Source: Methylomicrobium sp.
Lineage (GTDB): Bacteria; Pseudomonadota; Gammaproteobacteria; Methylococcales; Methylomonadaceae
Direction: 5' to 3'
Assembly: GCA_018333785.1 (NCBI GenBank)
Contig: JAGXSU010000108.1
Location: 15,301 to 79,300 of the forward strand
DNA: 64,000 nucleotides
The translations under genes were made by a program, and so were the position numbers. Positions 52,008 through 60,545 of this stretch are shown here, piece after piece (positions within the stretch are counted from its first letter, which is position 1; the number at the start of each line of letters is the position of its first letter). The notes beneath the pieces were generated by a model. The model had not been told where the DNA came from and made no database searches. It saw only the letters and a program-made list of their open reading frames with translations.

Positions 52008-52049
52008 AATACAAAAGCCGATCTGTTAACTATTTTCGGCTTTTGTATT
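52008..52049. terminator. Bidirectional terminator between proB and rpsT
   Basis: aatacaaaagccga...tcggcttttgtatt forms a 14-bp stem. Confidence 0.7.
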
Positions 52050-52057
52050 AAAGTCGA

Positions 52058-52321
52058 TTAGACCAGGCTGCGAATTTTTGCATTGAGTCTGCTTTTGCTG
52101 CGTGAGGCTTTGTTCTTGTGAATCAAGCCTTTGTTGACAGCTGAATCAATTACAGGAACTGCTGTTTTGAAAGCTTCTTGTGCTTGATCTTTGTTGCCGG
52201 CATTTACCGCGGCCAAGACTTTTTTGATAAAAGTACGTAGGTTGCTTCTTTGTCCTGCATTGCGGGTGCGGTTTTTTTCTGCTTGTTTTGCACGCTTTTT
52301 CGCTTGAGCTGTATTAGCCAT
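52058..52321 (-). CDS. rpsT: 30S ribosomal protein S20
   Basis: [21 protein letters not shown]... Confidence 0.96.
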   Translation of the reverse strand: MANTAQAKKRAKQAEKNRTRNAGQRSNLRTFIKKVLAAVNAGNKDQAQEAFKTAVPVIDSAVNKGLIHKNKASRSKSRLNAKIRSLV

Positions 52322-52365
52322 AGTGTATCGATTCTTTAAAAAGTAGGTTAGTAAAAAGACTGAAT

Positions 52366-52394
52366 AGTATCTGGTAGAATATCGGTTTTGTCAA
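52366..52394 (-). promoter_or_regulatory. Sigma-70 promoter of rpsT
   Basis: The minus strand reads TTGACA, a 17-nt spacer, then GATACT. Confidence 0.5.
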
Positions 52395-52407
52395 ATTTCA
52401 AAATACT

Positions 52408-53958
52408 TTGGGAACTTTGTTGAGTAAGGAAATTCTAAAATCTACTTTCACCGTCAGTGGCATGACTTTTTTTTCCCGGGTTTTGGGGTTTATCAGAGAC
52501 ATGCTCATTGCCCGCTATTTTGGTGTTGATTCGGCAACTGATGCTTTTTTTGTCGCATTCAAGATACCTAATTTTTTGCGCCGGTTATTTGTCGAAGGGG
52601 CCTTTGCTCATGCCTTTGTGCCTGCGATTACCGGATATGATCAAGAGGAAAATCAAGCGCGTCTCAAGCTTTTTCTAAACAACGCGGCCGGTTCCTTAGC
52701 GGTATTGATGATGGTGGGTACAGTTGCCGGCATGTTCGCAGCGCCTGTTCTGGTTTTATTGTTCGCGCCCGGATTTATCTGGGAGCCGCGGCAATATGAA
52801 TTATCCGTGCAAATGCTGCAGATCACGATGCCTTATTTGTTTTTCATATCATCGGTGGCTTTTGCCGGGGGTATTCTCAATACATTCGGTAAATTTGGCA
52901 TTCCGGCATTGACTCCGGCTATTTTGAATGTGGCCATGATAGCTGCAGCCATCGTTTTGGCCCCGCTACTGAGCGAACCGATAGTGGCTTTAGCCTGGGG
53001 TGTGTTTTTGGGTGGTGCGCTGCAGTTGCTGATTCAGTTTCCCGAATTGGCCCGCCTGGGCTTGCTGCCACGCTTGCAATTTGATCCAAAAGACCCAGAG
53101 GTCAGACGGGTTATAAAAATGATGGGGCCTGCCCTATTTGGCGTATCGGTTACTCAAATTAATCTGTTGCTGGATACCTTTGTGGCCTCATTTTTGGTGA
53201 CCGGCAGTGTTTCCTGGCTTTATTACTCGGATAGACTCGTAGAATTTCCACTGGGTATTCTTGGTGTTGCATTGGCAACCGTCATTTTGCCCAAGCTGGC
53301 AAGAAACCATGCGGCCAATGAACATCAGGCATTTTCCAAAACCCTGGATTGGGGCTTGCGATGCTTATTAATAGTGGGGCTGCCCAGTATGATAGGTTTG
53401 ATAATACTTGCAGAGCCTATTCTTTATACCTTATTCCAGTATGATGAATTCAATGCCAATGATGTGCGTCAGGCTAGTTCCAGTCTGCAGGGGTATTCGT
53501 CCGGCTTGCTGGGCTTCATGTTAATCAAACTATTGGTACCCGCTTTCACTTCGCGCAAGGACGTGATGACGCCTATGCGCTATGGATTGTATGCGTTGGC
53601 GGCAAATTTTATTCTTAACTGGATTCTGGTTGTGCCGTTTGCTCATGGGGGGCTAGCCTATGCCACGTCAATCGCGGCCTATCTTAATGCAGGTTTACTG
53701 CTCGCCACCTTGATCAGGGGGGGATTTTATAAACCGGAAAAGCAATGGGTGCCGTTTTTTATTCGCCTGATTGTGGCCAATGGTCTTATGGTTCTTGCTT
53801 TGATCGTCGTTATGAATCCGCTGGTATGGCTGGAATGGGGAGTTACGGCGAGAAGCCTGGGATTATTGGGCAGTATTGTGGTTGCGGTAGTATTTTATTT
53901 GCTGGCTTTATATCTGATGGGATTTAGGTTGAAGCAGGTGTTAAAGCCCTTCAAATGA
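52408..53958 (+). CDS. murJ: Lipid II flippase MurJ
   Basis: ...SGMTFFSRVLGFIRDMLIARYFG... is collinear with E. coli MurJ. 14-TM-like hydrophobic profile. The start is TTG and uncertain by a few codons. Confidence 0.93.
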   Translation: MGTLLSKEILKSTFTVSGMTFFSRVLGFIRDMLIARYFGVDSATDAFFVAFKIPNFLRRLFVEGAFAHAFVPAITGYDQEENQARLKLFLNNAAGSLAVLMMVGTVAGMFAAPVLVLLFAPGFIWEPRQYELSVQMLQITMPYLFFISSVAFAGGILNTFGKFGIPALTPAILNVAMIAAAIVLAPLLSEPIVALAWGVFLGGALQLLIQFPELARLGLLPRLQFDPKDPEVRRVIKMMGPALFGVSVTQINLLLDTFVASFLVTGSVSWLYYSDRLVEFPLGILGVALATVILPKLARNHAANEHQAFSKTLDWGLRCLLIVGLPSMIGLIILAEPILYTLFQYDEFNANDVRQASSSLQGYSSGLLGFMLIKLLVPAFTSRKDVMTPMRYGLYALAANFILNWILVVPFAHGGLAYATSIAAYLNAGLLLATLIRGGFYKPEKQWVPFFIRLIVANGLMVLALIVVMNPLVWLEWGVTARSLGLLGSIVVAVVFYLLALYLMGFRLKQVLKPFK

Positions 53959-54195
53959 TGAATTTGCTTCTGTGATTCAGAAGTCGGATTGCCGCTCCTT
54001 GATTATATCTTTCGCACTTCAAATTTCGGCAGTGCCTAAGGAGGCAACGGGTTGTTCGGCAAAGGCTTTGCCAGCATGGATGCTGGCATAGAGCCTATAG
54101 GGATGTATTTGCGGCGTCCTTTGACGGGCCCCCGGTGCTGAATTTCGATCTACGATGGGGATATGAAAGAGCGGCTTTAACCATTGAGTGCCGGA

Positions 54196-55026
54196 TCAGG
54201 CGGCCAAACTTTCCATGCCGGATTCGAGCATGAGAAGTTCAGGGAGATTTTCTGTCATGAACGTTTCTGATAAGCCGATTTTTGCTGCAACTTCTGAAGG
54301 GAAGGTTCTGAAAACGTCATCCATGCTCAAGCCGCTTTGTTGGCAATAACTTAAGTAACGGGCAATATGAACAACGCAAGCCTGCTGGGAGATGTTTTCT
54401 GTTTTTAACGGTTCTCCACAATAGGCAACAGCATCAACCAGCTCGGGTGAAAAATGCCAGCGGCGGCATAGCTCGGCGCAAACATCCTCGCTGGTAAAAC
54501 CCAGTCTGCGCATCTCTATAGACGAACGGGTATTTCCAGCTTTGACATGCTGATCGATTTCATTGGCTTCCCTAGGGGCGCCCATGTGAATCAGAATGTC
54601 GCCTAAATCGCTGATTAATCCGGCCGTAAACGCCAGGTCAGCATCGATTTTGAGTTCTTTGGCCAGTCCTTTGGCATAGGTTGCGGTGCGGAAGCTATTT
54701 TCCCAAAAATTAGCAAGGTTAAAATTCTCAATTTTGGGAATGGAGTTGACGATGCCGGATGCGATAACCAGTGTGCGGAGCTGGTTCATGCCTAACATCA
54801 CGATGGCATCCTGAATGGTGCCGACTTTTTTTGACAAGCCAAAATGAGCCGAATTAACCAGTCTCAAAACCTTCAACGATATCATTTGCTCCTTCTCGAT
54901 GTTCTTGGCAATGGCGTTGAAATCTACTTTCGGGTCATTAAACTGAACGATGAGCGTTCTGACTACTTCGGGAACTTGGGGGATTTTATGGATTTGATCA
55001 AACAATTGGTTCATCGGCATTAGCAT
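54196..55026 (-). CDS. HDOD domain signalling protein
   Basis: IPQVPEVVRTLIVQFNDP...ISLKVLRLVNSAHFGL is a typical HDOD N-terminus. Confidence 0.8.
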   Translation of the reverse strand: MLMPMNQLFDQIHKIPQVPEVVRTLIVQFNDPKVDFNAIAKNIEKEQMISLKVLRLVNSAHFGLSKKVGTIQDAIVMLGMNQLRTLVIASGIVNSIPKIENFNLANFWENSFRTATYAKGLAKELKIDADLAFTAGLISDLGDILIHMGAPREANEIDQHVKAGNTRSSIEMRRLGFTSEDVCAELCRRWHFSPELVDAVAYCGEPLKTENISQQACVVHIARYLSYCQQSGLSMDDVFRTFPSEVAAKIGLSETFMTENLPELLMLESGMESLAA

Positions 55027-55450
55027 AATAGGATCTCTCTTTTTTTATGCGGAATTAAGTTGTGTTCAGTTTAGTAGAAGCCGGAAAAAATAAAGTTAAG
55101 GCTAAAAATATTTTTTAGTCGGCGCTTAAGGATTGAAAGTCAGGCCGCAAAAGCCTGTTTTTCAAAAGCAAAAAAGGGATCTGAAAATATCGACACTTTG
55201 CGGGGATAAAATCATTGAGCATCACCAATAAATGACCTTTTATCAGCACGTTACAAATAAAATTATGCTGAATTGAGGTTATGATAAAATCTCAGCCCTT
55301 CGCGATAGCCGGAAGATTGTGGTACGGCGCGATAATGAGCGAAAGTCCTGAAACGATTCGGGGCTTTTGGAACGGGACGAAACTGATTCGTGTTGCTGTT
55401 TTGCCGGGCAGGATTCGTTTTAACCTTTAACCTCACAGCACAGATTTCTC

Positions 55451-56680
55451 ATGAACAAACCAAAAAAAGTCGCCATTCTTACTGCGGGTGGATTAGCCCC
55501 CTGCTTAAACTCAGCCATTGGCAGCCTCATCGAACGTTACACTGAAATCGACCCCTCCATTGAAATCATTTGTTACCGCAGCGGCTACAAAGGCTTGCTG
55601 TTGGGTGATTTTTATACCGTGACACCGGAAATCCGTGAAAAAGCGGGTTTATTGCATCGTTTCGGCGGATCCCTGATCGGTAACAGCCGCGTCAAGCTGA
55701 CCAATGTTAAAGATTGTGTCAAACGTGGACTGGTAAAAGAAGGCGAAAATCCTCAAAAAGTGGCTGCCGACCAACTGGTCAAAGACGGTGTGGATGTACT
55801 TCACACTATCGGTGGCGACGATACCAATACGGCTGCAGCAGATTTGGCGGCATTTCTTGCCAGCAACAATTATGGCCTGACCGTCATTGGTCTACCAAAA
55901 ACCATCGATAACGATGTTTTTCCCATTAAACAATCCTTAGGCGCATGGACCGCAGCTGAGCAGGGTGCTCACTATTTCTGGAACGTAGTGGCCGAAAATA
56001 ATGCTAACCCGCGCATGTTGATTGTGCATGAAGTGATGGGACGCAGTTGCGGCTGGTTAACGGCGGCAACCGCAGTGGAATACCGCAAATTATTGGATGG
56101 GGCCGAATGGTTGCCCGAATTGGGCCTGGATCGTAATGCTTTTGAAGTGCACGCTATTTTCATCCCGGAAATGGCTATCGATATTGCCGCCGAAGCCAAG
56201 CGCTTGAGTGCGGTCATGGATAAAACGGATTGCGTTAACATCTTTGTATCGGAAGGTGCCGGCGTTGAGTCCATTGTTGCCGAAATGCAGGCGAAAGGTC
56301 AGGAAGTGCCGCGCGACGCGTTTGGTCACGTAAAATTGGATGCGGTCAATCCGGGCAAATGGTTTGGCGAACAATTCGCCCAAATGCTCGGCGCTGAAAA
56401 AACGCTGGTGCAAAAATCAGGTTATTTTGCTCGCGCCGCCGCATCGAATGTCGAAGATATTCGTTTGATCAAATCGTGTGCAGATTTGGCGGTAGAGTGC
56501 GCATTACGCCGCGAATCGGGCGTTATCGGTCATGATGAAGATAAGGGCAATGTGTTGCGTGCCATTGAATTCCCTCGTATCAAAGGCGGCAAGCCGTTCG
56601 ATATCGAGGCTCCCTGGTTTACGCAAATACTGGCTGAGATCGGACAAACCAAGGGAACTAAAGTCAACACGGCTCATTAA
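55451..56680 (+). CDS. pfp: Pyrophosphate-dependent 6-phosphofructokinase
   Basis: ILTAGGLAPCLN, TIGGDDTNT (Asp where ATP-PFKs have Gly) and PKTIDND. Confidence 0.88.
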   Translation: MNKPKKVAILTAGGLAPCLNSAIGSLIERYTEIDPSIEIICYRSGYKGLLLGDFYTVTPEIREKAGLLHRFGGSLIGNSRVKLTNVKDCVKRGLVKEGENPQKVAADQLVKDGVDVLHTIGGDDTNTAAADLAAFLASNNYGLTVIGLPKTIDNDVFPIKQSLGAWTAAEQGAHYFWNVVAENNANPRMLIVHEVMGRSCGWLTAATAVEYRKLLDGAEWLPELGLDRNAFEVHAIFIPEMAIDIAAEAKRLSAVMDKTDCVNIFVSEGAGVESIVAEMQAKGQEVPRDAFGHVKLDAVNPGKWFGEQFAQMLGAEKTLVQKSGYFARAAASNVEDIRLIKSCADLAVECALRRESGVIGHDEDKGNVLRAIEFPRIKGGKPFDIEAPWFTQILAEIGQTKGTKVNTAH

Positions 56681-56696
56681 GCGTTAAGGCTTTTAT

Positions 56697-56716
56697 AAAT
56701 CCAGGGATGGATTTTT
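56697..56716 (+). terminator. Weak intrinsic terminator after pfp
   Basis: aaatcca-ggga-tggattt followed by tt. The stem is AT-rich. Confidence 0.35.
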
Positions 56717-56866
56717 GAGTCAATCTCAAAGTTTGTAGTGTTCAGCAACTGGCGTAGACGCTATCACTTGGTAAGTTAACGCCGAGAATATGTGAATGGC
56801 AACTGGATCGGCTGCTTTATGGCCGTTATTGTTGATGAGCAATGATTTAAAACAATGAGTAATTTT

Positions 56867-57250
56867 ATGAAAAAAATAGGTTTCTTAATTCTGACCCTGA
56901 CGTCATTGGCTGCATATGCGGATGATCCAAAAAATGACTGGCATAACACGACGTTAACTGAAGAAACGATCAAAAAGATTCAGGAAGCAAAATACCAATA
57001 CAACAAATGCGTTGTAGATGAGCTGAAAAGTCCCGCTTATGTCAAGCAGGAGGTTCGCGGAGCCACGGAAGTCATCATAAAAAAATGTGAGCCATCATTG
57101 GCCTTGATGCGTCAGGTCTATACCGAACAAAAAGTGCCCGAAGTGATTGCCGACCGGCATTTGAAGCAAATGCGCATAGAGACAACGCGCAATGTACTCA
57201 AACAAATGATGTTCGCTGATGCCATCAGGCAGTCTGGACAAAATCCTTAA
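56867..57250 (+). CDS. Small secreted hypothetical protein
   Basis: MKKIGFLILTLTSLAAYADD signal peptide, with 2 Cys in the mature part. The ORF track start is 56855. Confidence 0.5.
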   Translation: MKKIGFLILTLTSLAAYADDPKNDWHNTTLTEETIKKIQEAKYQYNKCVVDELKSPAYVKQEVRGATEVIIKKCEPSLALMRQVYTEQKVPEVIADRHLKQMRIETTRNVLKQMMFADAIRQSGQNP

Positions 57251-57358
57251 ATACTGCATGGCAGTTTTTGCTTTAATACAATGATTGCCGGGATCTTAGG
57301 CTCCATCAAACAAGTTTCCTGCAATTCGGAAGCGGAATGTACCGGTGTTATTGAATTA

Positions 57359-57521
57359 CCTGATTATAAAGATCAATCAGCTCAGTCAAAAATCGTCATC
57401 TCGGCAGGGATTGCCGAGATCCAGATGCCATGGATGGCGAGCGCCGAACACATCCTTGTGGTCTGGATTCCGGCGATCCCTGCCGGAAAGACGTTGTTGC
57501 TGAAGCATCTTTATAATCAGG
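57359..57521. mobile_element. Intact MITE (163 bp) with perfect 15-bp terminal inverted repeats and an 8-bp target-site duplication
   Basis: The left TIR is cctgattataaagat (57359-57373). The right end atctttataatcagg (57507-57521) is its exact reverse complement. Flanking direct repeats ttgaatta lie at 57351-57358 and 57522-57529. Internal hairpins are tctcggca-ggga-ttgccgaga and attccggcg-atccc-tgccggaa. Confidence 0.85.
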
Positions 57522-57791
57522 TTGAATTATTACTTTTTGGTCCTATATCGTTTGAAATGAACGGCGTATTTGGCGGCAGTGCGATAATAGTTGGTACTGC
57601 CTTCTATGGATTTCAGCGGAATGAGGCTGGATAATACATGACTCTCTGTGCCCTTTTTTGAACAAAGCGTATGCTAGACGGATACAGGTGAAAATTTAGA
57701 TCGTTTAGAGGATTACTAAAGAGATTATCCGTCGTGCTCCAGCAAACCGGTGGGATGACGTTACTTTTAATTGACTTACCCAAGAGAAATT

Positions 57792-58460
57792 ATGAATTAC
57801 TCCATTGACCTGACCCTTAAGCCTACAACTTTTGATTTGTGGCATGTTTGTTTGGCCGGCACCGTTGTTTTGTTGGGGTTGATACTGATTGTTGTTCTAT
57901 TGGCAGGACTTGTCAGTGTTGCCCGAGGTAAAAAGAAGCTGATAGTGGAAACACTAAAGCAGTCTGCTTTACTGGTGCCGCCTAAAGCACCGGAACCTGA
58001 AGTTAAAATCGTTGAGAAAATTGTTGAAGTTGAAAAAATTGTTCAAGCGCCGGCCCCAGAACCGATCGTTCTCAAAGAAGCGACACCCGATGCGGCACTG
58101 CAGCTGTTAAATCTGTTGCAAAAAGAAGCGCGTTTTATTGATTTTGTTATGGAAAACATAACCGCTTACAGCGATGCCGATATTGGGGTTGCAGCCCGTG
58201 TGGTCCATGAAGGGTGTACCAAAGTGATGGACGAGCATTTCAAGCTGGCCGTCATTCATGAAGGGCAGGAAGGGGCAACCGTTACGTTACCGAAAGGTTT
58301 CGATGCGTCGTCGATACGCCTGACCGGCAATATAGTCGGAGAAGCGCCTTTTACCGGCGTCCTGGTTCATAAAGGCTGGCAGGTCACAGACATGAATTTG
58401 CCAAAATTAACGTCGGGTCATAACGTAAAAATACTGGCACCGGCTGAGGTTGAATTATGA
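57792..58460 (+). CDS. Membrane-anchored DUF2760-like protein
   Basis: One N-terminal TM helix (LWHVCLAGTVVLLGLILIVVLLAGLVSVA) and a Pro/Glu/Val-rich linker. The C-terminal domain LLQKEARFIDFVMENITAYSDADIGVAARVVHEGC...GNIVGEAPFTGVLVHKGW resembles DUF2760. I prefer the ATG at 57792; the ORF track gives TTG at 57771. Confidence 0.7.
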   Translation: MNYSIDLTLKPTTFDLWHVCLAGTVVLLGLILIVVLLAGLVSVARGKKKLIVETLKQSALLVPPKAPEPEVKIVEKIVEVEKIVQAPAPEPIVLKEATPDAALQLLNLLQKEARFIDFVMENITAYSDADIGVAARVVHEGCTKVMDEHFKLAVIHEGQEGATVTLPKGFDASSIRLTGNIVGEAPFTGVLVHKGWQVTDMNLPKLTSGHNVKILAPAEVEL

Positions 58461-60445
58461 GTAATTTGTTTGGTCATTCCGGCTCGAATAATGGCGAGGA
58501 AGGGCACGGACAGAATACATCAGAGCCTGAGATTTCAGGCAATGCAACGGATAACACGCCTCATACCGAAACCGGAAGCAGTGATCAGCCCCTGACGGGC
58601 AATACGTCTGGCCCCCGATATTCAGTGGGAATTGATCTGGGTACCACGCATTGCGTGCTTTCCTATGTCGATTTAAGTGTATCTGATGAAGACAGTTATC
58701 ATCAGGAAGTGATGGCTATACCGCAGCTAAGCTCGCCAGGAACGGTTGAGGATTTATTGCAGCTGCCTTCGTTTTTATATCAGGCCCACCCTTTAGAATT
58801 GGCTGAAGGGGCAACTTCATTGCCGTGGACGGCAAAACCTTCTTTTTTAGTCGGTGAAATCGCCCGCAATTTAGGCAGCAAATCGCCTATTCGCCTGGTG
58901 TCCAGTGCTAAAAGCTGGCTATGTCATGCTGGTGTCGATTGTAAAGCCGCCATTCTTCCCGCCGAAGCGCCGGAAGAAGTTGAACGTGTCTCGCCTTTTC
59001 AGGCGACTGTTGCCTATCTTCAGCATATTCGCGATGCCTGGGCCAATAAACATCCCGGTGAACCGTTATCAGAACAGGATGTTACGATTACCGTGCCGGC
59101 ATCATTCGATCCGGCCGCGCGCGAATTGACAGTGGAAGCGGCTCGCTCAGTCGGACTTGAGAAAGCCATTTTACTGGAAGAACCGCAATCGGCTCTGTAC
59201 AGCTGGATTGAAAAAAGTCAGGGAGAGTGGCGTAAACAAGTCCAGATCGGCGATATCATTTTAGTGATTGATATCGGCGGCGGCACGACCGACTTGTCTT
59301 TGATTGCCGTGACGCAACAAGACGGTAATTTGGAGTTGACCCGTGTTGCGGTGGGCGATCACATCCTTTTGGGTGGTGACAACATGGATTTGGCTTTGGC
59401 TTATACCGTAAAAGCCAAGCTGGAGCAGGATGGACGGCGTTTGGAAGCGTGGCAAGTTCAAGCTTTGATGCATGGGTGCCGGGAAGCCAAGGAAAAAATC
59501 TTCAGCCAGATAGATTTGCAAACCATTCCTTTGGTCGTACCTAATCGCGGCTCTTCATTGATAGGCGGTGCGTTGCGAACTGAGTTAACCCGTGAAGAAG
59601 TCGAGAGCGTCTTGGTCGAGGGCTTTTTACCTCGTGTCTCCTCAGCAGACAGGCCCGTTGTTCGTCCCCGCAGTGGTCTTAGAACCGCCGGATTGCCTTA
59701 CGCACAAGATGCCGCGATCACACGCCACTTGGCTGCATTTTTAGCGAAACAGCTTAGCGCAACAGACGAACTCAGCGATGTGACGTTGCCGGAACATGCC
59801 ACATTTATCCATCCTTCGGCTGTTCTATTTAACGGGGGGGTATTGAAAGCCGATGCGCTGGCGGGCCGGTTGATGGAGGTTTTAAATAGCTGGCTTACTG
59901 CAGAACAAGCGCCGGAATCGCGCCTGTTGGAAGGTGCCGATCTGGATCTCGCAGTAGCACGCGGCGCCGCCTATTATGGCTTTGTCCGAAAAGGCAAGGG
60001 CGTAAGAATCAAAGGCGGTACCGCAGCTTCTTATTATGTCGGTATCGAAAGCGCGATGCCTGCCGTTCCAGGAATGCCGCCCGAAATCGAAGCCTTATGC
60101 ATTGCCCCGTTCGGCATGGAAGAAGGAACGGAAGCAGTTTTACCTGATGATGAGTTTGGTCTGGTCATTGGCGAGCCGGTTCGCTTCCGGTTTTTCAGTT
60201 CGAATAACCGTCGAGAGGATAAGGCGGGCGATCGGTTGGAGTATTGGACCGGCGACGAGCTGGATGAGTTGGACGAGATAGAAATCACCTTGCCCGAAGA
60301 AGGCCGAAAAGCCGGAGAAGTGGTGCCTGTGCATCTGACTTCAGCGGTGACCGAAGTAGGCACTTTGGAGCTTCATGCCGTTTCAAGACAGGACGGCAAA
60401 CGCTGGAAAGTCGAGTTTGAGGTCAGGGCCGGAGAAGAAAGTTAA
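58457..60445 (+). CDS. Non-canonical Hsp70-family (actin-fold) ATPase, short form
   Basis: GIDLGTTHCV (phosphate-1), ITVPASFDPAARELTVEAARSVGL..LLEEPQSA, DIGGGTTDLS (phosphate-2), GDHILLGGDNMD and LFNGGV (adenosine). A disordered ~55-aa N-terminus. ATGA overlap with the DUF2760 gene. Confidence 0.85.
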   Translation: MSNLFGHSGSNNGEEGHGQNTSEPEISGNATDNTPHTETGSSDQPLTGNTSGPRYSVGIDLGTTHCVLSYVDLSVSDEDSYHQEVMAIPQLSSPGTVEDLLQLPSFLYQAHPLELAEGATSLPWTAKPSFLVGEIARNLGSKSPIRLVSSAKSWLCHAGVDCKAAILPAEAPEEVERVSPFQATVAYLQHIRDAWANKHPGEPLSEQDVTITVPASFDPAARELTVEAARSVGLEKAILLEEPQSALYSWIEKSQGEWRKQVQIGDIILVIDIGGGTTDLSLIAVTQQDGNLELTRVAVGDHILLGGDNMDLALAYTVKAKLEQDGRRLEAWQVQALMHGCREAKEKIFSQIDLQTIPLVVPNRGSSLIGGALRTELTREEVESVLVEGFLPRVSSADRPVVRPRSGLRTAGLPYAQDAAITRHLAAFLAKQLSATDELSDVTLPEHATFIHPSAVLFNGGVLKADALAGRLMEVLNSWLTAEQAPESRLLEGADLDLAVARGAAYYGFVRKGKGVRIKGGTAASYYVGIESAMPAVPGMPPEIEALCIAPFGMEEGTEAVLPDDEFGLVIGEPVRFRFFSSNNRREDKAGDRLEYWTGDELDELDEIEITLPEEGRKAGEVVPVHLTSAVTEVGTLELHAVSRQDGKRWKVEFEVRAGEES

Positions 60446-60545
60446 TTAAAAAAAGCTTACCAATGCAAGGATGCATGCCAAAATTTCGCTAATCCGGTCG
60501 TCTGCACCGTTTTATAACTTCCTTGCCCTGATTATATAGTTCATC

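Noticed and set aside
53959-54195. Structured spacer after murJ, with a hairpin gccagca-tgga-tgctggc and loose reverse-complement similarity to part of the 43501-43540 REP composite
   Set aside because: The similarity is patchy by eye and I cannot establish a repeat family without an alignment tool. It is noted only as probably repeat-derived.
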